Both the position numbers and the translations under genes were made by a program. Source: the human T2T-CHM13v2.0 reference genome, Homo sapiens. From it: 64,000 nt of DNA. The notes beneath the pieces are model-generated. The model was not told the DNA's origin. It made no database searches and was given only the letters and a program-made list of their open reading frames with translations. The stretch lies in the NCBI RefSeq assembly GCF_009914755.1, contig NC_060933.1; one strand, 5' to 3'. Of this stretch, positions 13,961 to 28,303 are shown piece after piece; position 1 is the first letter of the stretch, and each line of letters starts with the position of its first letter.

Positions 13961-16875
13961 AAAAAATAAGCCTGGCATTCAGCAGCTGTGGATTTGTTCT
14001 GTGGCTAATTCAGCAGGTAGAAGTAGGAGGAAATGACCGGCATGTCTGTATCAGCTCAACCTAAGTTTTTTTGTTTGTTTGTTTGTTTGTTTGTTTTTGT
14101 GAATGATGGTTGCTGTTAAGAATGAGACAGAGTTTTCCAGAGTGGTTGTAGATTGCGGCCTCACCTGCACAATGCACCCCATCACCTCAACACAGGGTCA
14201 GGTAGATTCCGTGACCCGCTGTGGCTATATTTATCTTAAGTAATGAATACTGCTTCTACTGCTGCCAGTGACAAGATTAACTCCAAATTAGTTCTCTGCT
14301 TCTTTAAGTCACGTACTCACATTCAGACTCCTAGATGACCCGTCTGATTTGGTGAATACATGTCACATGCCCTTGTTCTGGCTGCCAGGAAGCTGGGTGA
14401 TAAAATATCTGCCCCCCATCTAGACAAAACAGAAAAGAAACAGTTGATCTTTAAGGTTTCTTTGAGCCTAAGAAGCTGTGATTCTGTGGGCTTGGGTACA
14501 TCATCTTGTCATCCAGTCACATATGTTACCACTGGTGTTAGGGCAGCTGTAGACGTTTTAACTCATACCATGAATTTTATGATAACTCCATTATCAGATA
14601 CCTTTTCCTTTCTTATCTTACGAAACATCTTTCATTGTACTCTGCCTTATAAAGTATATAATAACTACAACTGTTAAAGACAAAAGAGGGCACGTGTAGC
14701 AAATTGTGGGTGGTGCAGGGTGAAAGCCAGCCACCTAAATTCCCGGCATCCTTACAGTGTGGCATATCCTAGTGAATTTACTGGTTTCTGGTTTTACATT
14801 TCCAGAAAGCCTGTTTTTATCAGTACTTCAGAATTTATCTGACACATTGGAGATCAACTCGTGCTCATTAAATCACGATAAACACCAGAATTCTAAGTAG
14901 TTAATTTATAATGAGAAATAAAAATTTCAAGCACACCAGACGGTCATGTCAGCCTAATAAAAGGCATTCTCTCTCTGTGAAAAACCATACGGGAAGCCAA
15001 ACAATCATCAGAATGTTGTTCACTCTTTGGAATCAGAGCAAGGGGAGTTGGTTACGTGATTACAATGATTAATGGCCTTAGACTTTGGTGGCCTGATTGT
15101 AATAGGATTCTTTCGGTTGTAAGGAACAAAAACACAATTAAAATTTTCTTGGGCAAAAAGGACAGTTTATTAAAAGAGTACTGGAGTGCCTCATGGAACT
15201 TTGGGAAAGTCCTTGGAAGAGCCTGACTTCAGAGATGACTGGACTCAGGACTAAAAAAAACCTGGGATTCTCTTCCTGTTGGCTTCATTCCCTCCCGCTG
15301 AGGACCAACTTCTTCCACCGGCTGGAGGATATTACATCTCTCAGTTACTGTCACGGGAGAGTGAGTGCCCCTTTTCCAGCAGTTTCTATTAAGAAAAGGA
15401 AATCCCAAAGAGGGCCCTGATCAGACTGGTATTTGGACCTAAGAGCCACGAGTAGGGATGGGAGCTGTAAAGCAGAGCCACCTGGCACAGGCTTGTTCCT
15501 GCTGGTTCCAGATAATGACTTAAATCACTGTTGGCTGTCAGTAAGTCCGGGTTGGTGGATTGACGTTGATGTAGTCCAGCTCTGCTTCCAGAACCAGGGG
15601 GATCTGTTTGTAAACCAGGATACCTCTTCCCCAAGACAATGCCTAGAAATAATGCCTCTGTTGTTTTTCTGACCTCTTGCTTCCTGGAGTTTCTCTGAAG
15701 GGCATTTCTCTTAATGGACTTGTTCTTTTTGCTACAGCTAATATCTAGAGGAATATCCATGTTGATTTCCCATATTTTTATTCTCAAAAGACCACCTTAT
15801 TTCAAATTTGGGGAGCACATAATGTACTCTCTATCACTTAAAGATTGATTGTTGCCCTGTTTTTTGGATTTTTTTTTTAAGGGGGTGAGGGAAGGAGAAG
15901 GCAATCACAAAGAGTTGGTGAGTAATTGGCTGAAAGTCATCATTCAATATTATAAAAGTTTCCATTTTGTTCCACAATGCCTTTTTAGAAAGATAACTGA
16001 ATGTTTTAATCTTTCACCTGTATTTACTTTGCATACTCAGTGTAGTTAATCTATATCTCTTTATATTCTAATTTTATTTTTATTGATTTAAATATTCAAT
16101 GAATGTTTCTCATTGCCTACTTTGTATCAGACTCTGTGCTGGGAGGTGATAATAAGGAGAGGCAAAAGGGCTCAATTAGGAGGGATAGGTTTCTATCTGC
16201 TTTACACGAGTGGAGAGATACCCAAAAGCTGACCTGCAGGACAGTTCTACCCAAAGCAACTCTCCAGTGTTCTGCTGGGGTTCCTGATAAGCATATCATT
16301 TGAGTCATAACTTTGAGTAGGAAGAGGGTAGGGAAGCAAGTTCACTGTTGTCTATTAACACAAACATATTTTAAGATTATGGAATATTTTCATTATCTAA
16401 AATACTCTTCAAACATCCATCTACTCATTACCCAGTTATAATGTAAGTTAATATTTTTACTATACATGCTTCAATGTTTTTAAAGAAATGGTTTATCATG
16501 ATTTATATGGCCATTCAATATATCCATTTTCTTGCAGGACATTAGCTTCCAAATTTTCACTATTACAAATAAGGCCACAGTAACTGTCATTATACACATC
16601 TCCTTGAATATATATGTAAGAGTTTCTTTATACACCATAAATATTACAATTATAAATCACCAATTCGCAATAACATTTTTTAAAAAAGAGTTTTCTTTAT
16701 ACTCAGAATTGTTGGGTAATAAGACATATGCACCTTCAATTTTGCAAGATATTGCCACTAGTTTTGCTTGAACATATTTATTGTTTCATATCCTTATAAA
16801 TAGGGATTTTTAATTTTTATCAATCTAATAGATATTACATGGCATTTCATTGTTGTTTTACTTTGCATTTCACTA

Positions 16876-17218
<343 letters not shown>

Positions 17219-17249
17219 TTAATTCTGTTATTAATCCTCTTTTGGTTAG

Positions 17250-17597
<348 letters not shown>

Positions 17598-19389
17598 TAG
17601 ATTTATAATAAACATCTTCTTCCAGTCTATGACTTTTCTGAAAACTTTGTTTATAGTATCTTTTGATCAACAGAAGTTTTAATTTACAATTTAGTCAAGA
17701 CCTAAATATGAAATGTCAAATTCTAAAATTTTAGAAATTTCATATATAATGCATACATATATACGTAATATACATGTAATTATATATGCTTATATGTAAT
17801 ATTTTTATAAGACTAAAGGTTTAGCCCAGCATCACGTGACTCACTCTTTCCTCACTAACTTGTAAGGCCATTTCCATCATACACCAAATTCCTATATTTA
17901 AGCAGTTCTGCTTCTAGGCTTTACATTTTCTCAATTGGTCTATTTTTATACTGACTCTCTTTGGCACTTCATAGAGTCATATGACTATTAGGATTTGTTT
18001 GTCAAGTTCTACAAAACACCTTATTGGTGTTTAGATTGGAAGTGCTTTAAATTTTTTGGATGGAATAATTGCTATCATTATATCCACCATTCCACACGTA
18101 CATAAATTATTTTACGTTTTTCCACAACATTTTGTATTTTCCCCATAAATGACTTGTATATCTTCTGTTACATGTATTCTTATAGGAAACAGATATTTTG
18201 TTGCAAGTATAAATGGGATTTTCCTCCTTTGATTATGCTTTCTAATTTCTTGTTGCAGGTATATGGCTATGCTATTTTTGTATATTGATCTTTTATCCAA
18301 CAACCTTGCTGAAACTTGCCTATTGTTATAATTTGTGGATTCTCTTGTATTTTTAAAAATGTAAACAACTTTGTCATCCATGGAAGATGACGATTTTGTT
18401 TCCTTTATTCCAATTATGCTATTTGCTAATGTTGATTTTGCTTGTCTTTCTTGTTTTACTGCATTTTCTAGGCTCTCTAGTGCATTATTGAATAGAAATG
18501 CTAATGGAGGACTTCTGTGACTGGGACTATTTCAGGGGGAGAATTTTCATGAGCTTAGTTTTTATTCTTCTTTATTGTGTTCTTCTCATAGTAATGTTGC
18601 CTTGTTCTGTTCATTTAAAGTATGATGGATTTTCCTGGACTAGCAGCAATCATAGATAATTCTATCCAGGAGGAATGAAAACTTTGGGCAGTTTGCTCGA
18701 TATCCTAGTTCAAGAGTGCCCTCTTCAGTTCTAACAGTGAAGTGAGGCTTATTTAATTAATGACACGTTTCTGGGGTGGTGAAACATAGGAGGGAGTGAT
18801 GTTTACTGATAATCGTGATACTACCTTACAGCCCTAGGATCCTTATTTTCTTGTGTTTTATTTCTCATTTTTCTTTACCTTCTAGTTGTACTGCTCCTTC
18901 CCAGAAGCAGTGTCTTCCCAAGACTATAACTGTGGTCCTGGATACTTCCTTGAAAAGTCATGCTTCAGATCTTCTGGTCTTAGACTTCTTCTTACGATTT
19001 CCTCATCAGGGAAGGGCGTTCTCCTTCTGTGGGTGCTGTCCTCTGTGTTCCACCCCTGCTAGAGACTTGCCACCTCTCCTGTCTTCCATATAATCCCTGC
19101 CTGATTCTGTTTCAGCATGGGCTCTGATTTGGCTCTACGGATTCTGGACTGTTCTACCTACATGTAAATCCAAGTTTGTGGTATTCCCTATCCTTCACTA
19201 TGCTCTACCTCTGGGCAATTGTGAAGTTTTATTTGCTTTACTGTTGACCTGTATGGTTTTGGAGGATGTATGTAGAGATTTGGATTTAAGGAACCAAAGG
19301 GTTGAGAAATGTGTGTTACAATCTTCCTGCATAAATGTGGATTTGTCATTTTATTTCTGTGATTCTGGTCTATTTTTGTCTTACGTATT

Positions 19390-19801
19390 TGTATTGGGCT
19401 GTTCTTGCATTGCTATAAAGAAATCCCTGAGACTGGGTAATTTACAAAGAAAAGAGGTTTAATTGGCTCACAGTTCTACAGGCTTTATAGGAAACATGGT
19501 GCTGGCATCTGCTCAGCTTCTAGGGAGTCCTCAGACAGCTTTTACTCATGGCAGAAGGTGAAGGGGGAGCAGGCACATCGCATGGCAGAAGCAGGAGCAA
19601 GAAAGAGAGTTGGGGGGCAGGAGCTACACACTTTTATATGACCAGATAGTGCGAGAACTCACTCACTATTATGACGATGGCACCAGGCCATGAGGGATCT
19701 GCCTCCGTGACCCAAACACCTCCCCCCAGGCCTCACCTCCAGTATTGGGAATTACAATTCAACATGAGATTTGGGCAGGGACAAATATCCAAACAGTGTC
19801 A
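19390..19801 (-). mobile_element. MSTA-like MaLR solo LTR
   Basis: tgtatt...gtgtca termini; TSD gtatt/atatt. Confidence 0.88.
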
Positions 19802-19971
19802 ATATTCTATATGTTGTTAGGTTTATTGACATAAGATTGTTATATACTTTCTTGGTGACTTGCTCTTTTAATCAGTAGATAATGATCTTTGTAACTAGTA
19901 ATTTTTGCTCAAAGTCTCTTACATAGGATGTTATTATAAGAATTCAATTTCCTTTGGTTAATATTTGCTAT

Positions 19972-20599
19972 TGTTGACCAAAAGATCACCAGGATGGCTA
20001 AATAGTAGAAAGGAGAGCTTTATTGGAGATATTGGTTTGGAAGCTGGGAAGAGAAAGTCTCCAGCATGGACGAGGGGAAGCACAGTTTGGGTTTTATGCC
20101 TCACAGGGCCTGAATCATGCATATTCAGGAGGTTCGGGGGGAAAAGCTATACGTATTTATGAGGGAGCTGTGCGCATATGTAATGGATAAATATGCATAT
20201 GACATACATCCTACGTTCACTTTGGGACTGGGTTTTAACATTAAAATGAGGTGGAATTTGGCTTTATCAAAGGGTGAACTTTAGGACACAAAGACAGTTT
20301 ATGCACAGCCTCTATCAGCTGGCTGAAACTGTTTAAAGGTCTGCAATTGCTTATCAGAGAAGAAAGTTTGTAAGGCCAGTCCTTTATCCAATTAGAGTCA
20401 TAGTGGTTTGGATCGTAAGTCAGAATTAGGACAATTGGCCTGATATCTCCTATTGTTAGGATATTTAGTGAGAATTTAGAAATTTGCCATGCCAAACCAT
20501 CCCTGAATCCCCAACCCATAGGTAACTTTTTGTTTTTTTTTAACCTTAGGTTCTGTCTTAGTTGATAAAGGGGCATCTATTTTGGTCTCTCACATCACA
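19972..20599 (-). mobile_element. ERV1-class solo LTR (LTR39/MER101-like)
   Basis: TG...CA termini; 4-bp TSD ctat/ctgt; reverse start tgtgatgtgagagaccaaaatagatgcccc. Subfamily uncertain. Confidence 0.65.
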
Positions 20600-22647
20600 C
20601 TGTATATACTTTTATATATTTTTGTTTGTTTTGGTTTATTTTTTATTATTTTATGTTTAATTTTTGTGGGTACATAGTAGGTGTATGTATTTATAGAATA
20701 CATGAGATATTTTGGTACAGGCATGCAATGCATAATAATCACATCATGAAAAACTGGGTATCCATCCTCTCAAGCATTTATCCTTTGTGTTACAAACAAT
20801 CCAATTATACTCTTTTAGTTATTTTAAAGTGTACAATTAAATTACTATTGACTATAGTCCCCACGTTGTGCTATTAAATACTAGGTCTTACTCATTCTCT
20901 CTATTATTTTTTGTACCCATTCACCATCCCACCTCCCCACTACGCCATCCCTTCCCTGCCCTGACTATCCTTCCCATCCTCTGGTAACCATCCTTCTACT
21001 CCCTATGTCCATGAGTTCAGTTGTTTTGGTTTGTAGATCCCTCAAACACGGTGAGAACATGTGATATTTGTTTTTTTTGTGCCTGGCTTATTTCACTTAA
21101 CATAGTGATCTCCTGTTCTATCAATGTTGTTGCAAAAGACAGAATCTCATTCTTTTTAATGGCTGAATAGTGGTTCATTGTCTATAAGTACCACATTTTC
21201 TCTATCCATTCACCTGTTGATGAATTCTTAGGTTACTTCCAAATCTTGGCTATTGTGAACAGTGCTGCAACAAACTTGGGAGTGCAGGTATTTCTTTGAT
21301 ATACTGATTTCCTTTGTTTTGCATATATACCCAGCAGTGGGATTGCTGCATCATATGATAGCTCAATTGTTAGCTTTTTGAGGAACCTCCAAACTGTTCT
21401 CCATAGTGGTTGTACTAATTTACATTCTTACAACAGTATATAAGGGTTTCCTTTTCTCCACATCCTCACCAGCATTTGTTATTGCCTGTCTTGTGGATAT
21501 AAGCCATTTTAACCGGCATGAGATGATATCTCATTGTAGTTTTGGTTTGCATTTCTCTAATGATCAATGATGTTGAGCACCTTTTCATATGCCTATTTGC
21601 CACTTGTATGTCTTCTTTTGAGAAATGTCTATTCAAATCTTTGGCCCATTTTTTGATAGGATTATTAGATTTTTTTTTTCCTGTAGAGTTGTTTGAGCTC
21701 TTTATATATTCTGGTAACTAATCCCTTGTCAGATGGGTAGTTTGTAAATATTTTCTCCAATTCTGTGGGTTATCCCTTCGCTTTGTTGATTGTATCCTTT
21801 GCCATGCAGAAGATTTTTAACTTGATGTGATCCCATTTGTCTACTTTTGCTTTGGCTGCCTGTGCTTGTGGAGTATTGCTCAAGAAATCTTTGCCCAGAC
21901 CAATGTCCTGGAGATTTTTCCCAATGTTTTCTTGTAGTAGTTTCATAGTTTGAGGTCACAGATTAAAGTCTTTAATCCATTTTGATTTGATTTCTGTATA
22001 TGGTGAGAGATAGGGGTCTAGTTTCATTTTCTGCATATGGAAATCCAGTTTCCCCAGCACCGTTTGTTGCAGAGACTGTCTTTTCTCCAGTGTCTGTTCT
22101 TGGCACCTTTCTCAAAAATGAATTCACTGTAGGTGTGTGGATTTGTTTCTGGGTTCTGTATTCTGTTCCATTGGTCTGTGTGTCTGTTTTTATGCTAATA
22201 CCATGCTGTTTTGGTTACTATAGCTTTGTAACATAATTTGAAGTCAAATAATGTGACTCTTGCAGTTTTGTTCTTTTGGCTCAGGATAGCTTTGGCTATT
22301 CTGTGTCTTTTGTTATTCCATATACATTTTAGGATTGTTTCTTCTATTTCCATAAAAGATGTCATTGGTATTTTGATAGGGGTTGCATTGAATCTGTAGA
22401 TTGCTCTGGGTAATATGGACATTTTAACAATATTGAGTTTTCCAAGACATGAACATAAAATATTTTTCCATTTTGTGGTGTTCTCTTCAATTTCTCTCAT
22501 CCATGTTTTATAGTTTTCATTGTAGAGATCTTTCACTTCTTTGGTTAATTCCTAGGTATCTAATTTTATTTGTGGCTATCGTAAATGGGATTAGGTTTTT
22601 TTTAAATTTCTTTTTCAGATTGTTCCCTGTTAACATATAGAAATGCC

Positions 22648-22932
22648 TTTTTTTTTTTTTGAGACCGTCTTGCTCTGTCACCCAGGGTGGAATGCAGTAG
22701 TGTGATCATGTCTCACTGCAACCTCTGCCTCCCAAGTTCAAGCAATTCTCCTGCCTCAGCCACCTGAATAGCTGGGATTAGAGGTGTGTGCCACCACACC
22801 TGGCTAATTTTTGTATTTTTGTAGAAGCTGGGTTTCACCATGTTGCCCAGGCTGGTCTTGAACTCCTGGCCTCAAGTGATCCACCCACCTGGCCTCCTAA
22901 AATGCTGGGGGCATGAGCCACCATGCCTGATC
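22648..22932 (-). mobile_element. Alu (J or old S) inserted in L1
   Basis: Antisense dimer with T-tail. Confidence 0.9.
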
Positions 22933-23786
22933 TGCCACTGATTTTTGTATGTTGATTTTGTGTCCTGCAACTTTACTGAATTTGTTTATCAGTATAGTTT
23001 CTTTGGTGGTCTTTAGGATTTTCTAAATATAAGATCATGTCATGTGCAAACAAGGATAATTTGACTTCTTCCTTTCCAATTTGGATGCCCTTTATTTCTT
23101 TTTTTTGTCTAATTGCTCTAGCTAAGATTTCCAGTACTATGTTGAATAACAGTGGTGAAAGTGGCCATCCTTGTTGTATTTCAGATTTTATAGGAAAGGC
23201 TTTCAGTTTTTCCGCATTCAGTATGACACTAGCTGTGGGTCTGTCATATAAAGCTTTCATTATGTTGAAGTATGTTCTTTCTATACTCAATTTTTTGAGG
23301 ATGTGTATTATAAAGGGATGTTGAACTTTTATCAAATACTTTCTCTGCATCAATTGAAATGACTGTATAATTTTTATCCTTCATTCTGTTGATATGATGT
23401 ATCACACTGATAGATTTGCACAGGTTGAACCATCCTTGTGTCTCTGGGATAAATCCTGCTTGGTCATGATGAATGATTTTTTTAACGTGTTGTTGAATTT
23501 GGTTTGCTAGTATTTTATTGAGGATTTGTGCATCAATATTCATTAGAGATACTGGCCTGTAGTTTTCTTTTTTTGATGTGTCTTTGTCTGGTTTTGGAAT
23601 CAGGGTAATACTGGCCTCTTAGAATGAATTTGGAAGTATACCTTCTGCCTCTATATTTCAGAATAGTTGAGTAGGATTGGTATCAGTTCTTTAAATGTTT
23701 GGTAGAAATCAGCAGTGAAGCCCTCATGTCCTGGGATTTTCTTTACTGGGAGATTTTTTATCTGTGATCTCATTACTTGTTATTGG

Positions 23787-24226
23787 TGTAAGAGTTAAAG
23801 AAAGAGGAAAGAAACACAAAAAGTGGCTCAACAGTCAAAGACAGGTTTATTTTGGAGAATAAACCTGAGAGGGGCTTCTGGCCGATTTCCGTCAGGAGCA
23901 TTCTCTCATACAGACTAAGAGTATTTAAAGGTTCAGGGCTAGAGAACTTATCATAGGCTTGGAATGTTTCTGTGTTGGGGAGAAGTTTATGTGGGGTTGG
24001 AATGACTCTGGTTGGAGGGGAGGTTATCTTGGGGCTGACATCTCTCTGGTTGGGGAGGGGTTTATCTTAAGGTTGGAATGTTTCTGGTTGGAGATGTCAT
24101 TTGTGGTTTATGAACATGCTGACCTTAGCCATTAGGCTGATGCCCTTTGGATTCAGGCAGTTTTTGATGAAAGTGAACTTTAAAATGGTGGTGTTTGTCC
24201 AAGATGGCGATGCTCCTGCTCTGTCA
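23787..24226 (-). mobile_element. LTR19-family (ERV1) solo LTR inserted in L1
   Basis: Reverse strand tgacagagcaggagcatcgccatcttggac...tttaactcttaca. Confidence 0.72.
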
Positions 24227-24947
24227 ACTACCCTGTTCAGGTTTTGGATTTCCTCATGGTTCAGTCTTGGTAGGTTGTATGTGTCTAGGAGTTTTGCCCA
24301 TTTCTTCTAGATTTTCTAATTTATTGGCATATAGTTTCCTGTAGTAGCCACTAACGATCCTTTGAATTTCTGCCCTATCAGTTGTAATGTCTCCTTTTTC
24401 ATCTCTGATTTTATTTATTTGGGTCTTCTCTCTTTTTGTCTTAGTCTGGCTAAAGGTTTGTCAATTTTGTTTATTTTTTTAAAAAAAAACAATTAAAAAA
24501 AATCATTCTTTTGTATTGTTTTCTTCATTTCAAATTCATTTATTTCTACTCTGATTATTATTTCATTTCTTCTACTAATTTTGGATTCAGTTTGCTCTTG
24601 CTTTTCTAGTTCTTTAAGATGCATCAATAGGTTATTTAGGTTATTTATTTGAGGTGTTTCTTCTTTTTTGATGTAGGCACTTATAGCTATAAATTTCCCT
24701 CTTAGTACTGCTTTCACTGTATCCTTTAAGTTTTGGTATGTTGTGTTTTCATTGTCATTTGTTTTAAGGAATTTTTCAATTTCCTTCTTAATGTTTTCAT
24801 TAAGCCACTGGTCACTGAGAAGTACATATTTTAATTTCCATGCATTGGTATATATTTTTATGTATTTTTACTTTCAAGCTTCTTTGAAAGTAATTTTATT
24901 TTAGATATAAAAGCAGGTAGCTGATCATTAAAAATTGTTTTTATTTT

Positions 24948-25083
24948 AGAGACAGGATCTCTCTCTGTCACCTGTGCTGGTGCTGCTATAGCTCATGGCA
25001 GCCTCGAACTCCTGGCCTTAAGAGATCTCTTTCCTCAGCTTCCTGAGTAGCTGGGAGTACAGGTGCAAGCTACTGAGCCAGCC
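24948..25083 (-). mobile_element. FAM/FRAM-like Alu monomer fused 3' of the 7SL copy
   Basis: Reverse strand ggctggctcagtagcttgcacctgtactcccagctactcagg...gatcctgtctct followed by an A-rich tail. Confidence 0.7.
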
Positions 25084-25307
25084 AGTGTAGGAGTTTTGAC
25101 CTGCTGCCTTTCTGACCTGGGCTGGTTCACCCCTCCTTAGGCAATCTGGTGGTCCTGCTCCTGGGAGGTCACCATACTGATGTTGAACTTAGTGTGGACA
25201 CCCCATAGGCATACAGCACTATAGCTCAGAACTCCTGGGCTCAATTGACCCTCCTGCCTCAACCTCCTGAGTAGCTGGGACTATAGACACAGGCCACCGA
25301 ACATGAC
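25084..25307 (-). pseudogene. 7SL (SRP RNA) retro-pseudogene, nt 1 to about 225 including the S domain
   Basis: Reverse strand has S-domain sequence absent from Alu: gggtgtccacactaagttcaacatcagtatggtgacctcccagg...gcctaaggaggggtgaaccagcccaggtcagaaaggcagcaggtcaaaactcc. Confidence 0.93.
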
Positions 25308-25574
25308 AAATAGGAGGTTTTTTTTTTTAAATACAGTTTGATGTTCAATTTAAGTCTGAGAAAATATTTTCACGGATAGGTTTAACCCCTTTATTTTTAT
25401 TATAATTGCTAAGATATTTAATTTTATTTTTATGATTTTAATTTGTTTTATGAGCAGAAATAATGTCCCCCTGTTCCTTTTATTCTCCTTTCCTGACTTC
25501 TATTAGATTTGTCTTTTAAAAAAAAACCCATTTGATGGTTTGAAAGTTACATTTCTAATTTTTGTTGTTTTAAT

Positions 25575-25757
25575 CATTAGTACTCAAACTCTAGTGTACA
25601 TCAGAATCACCTGAAGGGCTTGCTGAGATATGTATTGCTGGGTCCCACCCCTAGAGTTTCTAATTTAGTTGTTTTGTGGTGGGACCCAAGTATTCGCATT
25701 TCTGTTCCCAGGTACTGCTGCTACTACTCAGGAAATCACCACAACCTGAGGGCCTGG
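25575..25757. mobile_element. MER5A-like hAT-Charlie MITE
   Basis: catcagaatcacctg...gctgggtcccacccctagagtttct. Confidence 0.75.
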
Positions 25758-26561
25758 CAAGAATTGGTGGTTACCACCCAGGTATCCAACAGCCCGTCTA
25801 AGTTGGACTTGTTATTTTGGGATTCTTGTTGGGGTTCTGTTACTTTCTCACCAGCTCAGCCATGCGTTAAAACTTCTTAAAATTTCCTTTTACCCTGGTT
25901 TTTCAGTATGCAATACTCAGAGGAGTTTCTTTGGCCATCCAGTCCCATAATATTGCCAGGAATGGAGGTGGGGTTTTAATTTATCATAAGAGAATAATTT
26001 TTCCCCTACTGTGAACTCAAGCAGAGAGAAACTTTCTTGCAAGTTTCTCTGGATTGATAGCTGAGGTTTCTCTGGTTTCTTTTATATGGAGGTATAACCT
26101 TTACAGATTCTTGGCTGCAGTTGGAGTTCAGCTCTCTGCCTCCTGTGAATCTAAGGCCAAGTCTCTTACTCTAGATGTGTGGGTCAAATTCCACATCAGT
26201 TTATGGTTTCCCATTATAATGACTATCCTCTTCAGTTCTAGCACCTCAGGGTTTCCCTTTTGGGCTTGGCTATACTTGTAGACTTTGGGGGATGAGTGTG
26301 GATGTATTTCATCCAGCATTTCTGTGTGTTTAATGGGGTGGAGGTTGGGAACGTTATGTAATCTCAGTCTATCTGGCTGTCCTCCACTATTCTTCAGTGG
26401 TCACCTGGCAAAGAATGTGGGTCAAAAAGTTCATAGAGGCAGGAAGTTGGTGGTAAAGAGAATCCTTGGAATGCAGAGCTCCTGAGCTCAGGGACTTGAG
26501 CCTGGGCTTTCACACATATCATTAGTACAGGAGAGTAGTAGGTGGTGCTAAATTGGAAGTA

Positions 26562-27299
26562 CAGTAGTCTCCCCTTATTCATAGTTTTGTTTTCCACAGT
26601 TTCAGTTACATGAGGTCAACTGCAGTCCGAAAATATTAAACAGAAAATTTCAGAAATGAACAATTTGTAAGTTTTAAATTGCAGGTGGCTCTGAGTAGCG
26701 CCACAAAATCTTGTGTCATCTGGCTTCATCCAGTTCAGGACATGAATCCTCCCTTTGTCCAGTGTCTCCACACTGTCTACTGTCCCTGGCTGTTAGTCAC
26801 TGAGTAGCCTTCTTCATTATTAGATTGTCATGGTATTGCAGTGCTTGTGTTCAAGTAACCCTTATTATACTTGATGATGGCTCTAGAGTGCAAGAGTGGT
26901 GGTGCAGGCATTCAGATATGCTAAAGACGAGCTGTCAAGTGCTTCCTTTAAGCACTTTAGGTGCTTAAAGATGAAAGTTCTCAACTTAAGGAGAGAAAAA
27001 AAAATCGTATGCTGAGGTTGCTAAGACCTATGGTAAGAACAAATCTTTCATCCTTGCAATTATAAAGAAGAAAAGAAAAATCCATGCTAGTTTTGCTGTT
27101 GTATCTCAAACTGCAATAGCGAAGGCCATAGTGCTTGATAAGTCCTTAGCTAAGATGAAAAAGGCACTATATTTGTGGGTAGAAAACATGAACAGAAATG
27201 TGTTCTAATTGACAGCAATTGGATTCAGTACTATCGGAGGCTTCAGACATCCACTTAGGGGTCTTGGAACATATTCTCTAAGGATAAGGGAGACTGCTG
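26562..27299 (+). mobile_element. MER44 (Tigger7 derivative) DNA transposon
   Basis: TA|cagtagtctcccctta TIR and ...taagggagactgctg; contains a decayed transposase N-terminus (SYAEVAKTYGKN). Confidence 0.85.
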
Positions 27300-27482
27300 A
27301 AATTGAAGTAAGGGGTACCCTGCTGCTGGTGGGTAATACTATATACAGAGGCTGGGACAGTTGTGGGGTTTTAAATTTTGATTAGGGCCAATCCTTCCTG
27401 AAATGTTTTTATTTCATGTAAAGTGTATACCAATAAAAATTTAAAATATTTTTCGTTTTTGAAGTCATTCTTTCCTCATTGA

Positions 27483-27599
<117 letters not shown>

Positions 27600-28303
27600 T
27601 GATTATTTGCACCTAGTATAGTCAAACTTGGGAAGAAAGGAGAAATTGCTAAAGCTTATGATATTTTACATTTATTTTGAGATATTAGCTGTTTATTGGA
27701 ATCACGACAATGTTTTATGGTTATGATTTATTTTTGGATGTTTATCGATTTCAGGGAAAAATATTGCCGTATCTAAAGTATATTAGACACTTTCTTCCTC
27801 ATCTTGTTTACTTGTCCCCTCCCTGAATTCAATTTATCTGGAATAAGAACCCACTTTCTATTCATTTGTATTGCATCAACACATAAAAATAAGTGGCTTA
27901 ATATAGCTCTGGGAAATATGTATGTTAATTTAAGAATGTCCAGTTTATAACTTGAATGTATTTCTACTTTACAAATTATGCAACAGAAACAAAACAAGGC
28001 TGCTTCCAATTAGCCTTATTCTGAAAATCTTAACCAGGGCAGTAGACATGAGATAGAAATAAGATATTTAACTATTGGTAAAGAAGAGAAAAACATCTTA
28101 TTTTCCAATAGTATAATTATCTATTCAGGAGAACCAAGATATTAATCTGAGAAGTAATTAGAATAAATAAGACAATAGCTTTCCTTCACATCAACACTAA
28201 CAGTTAATAAATTATAAAAGAAAAAAGCATACTAATTATTATTAGCAACACAAATTCAAAATTCTTTAGTGAGGAAAGTTTCACCAGGATCAATAAAAGA
28301 TAA

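Larger units (their letters stand above)
20620..24850 (-). mobile_element. L1MA1-3-type LINE-1, 5'-truncated and decayed (ORF2 RT region plus 3' UTR)
   Basis: Minus-strand ORF fragments match L1 ORF2 ([46 protein letters not shown]). Confidence 0.92.

Noticed and set aside
14140-15070. Enhancer suggested by E-box and CRE-like motifs (cacgtg, ttacgtga)
   Set aside because: These are isolated short motifs and cannot be supported without conservation or chromatin data.
21729-24717. Reverse-transcriptase-like ORFs
   Set aside because: These are frameshifted fragments of a 5'-truncated L1MA ORF2 interrupted by an Alu and an LTR, so not a functional gene.
25084-25307. Functional SRP RNA gene
   Set aside because: It has many substitutions including CpG decay and lacks the authentic 7SL 3' end, so it is a retrocopy.
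26905-27220. Domesticated Tigger transposase exon
   Set aside because: Only a frameshifted N-terminal remnant within MER44 is present, with no splice signals linking it to CFAP95.
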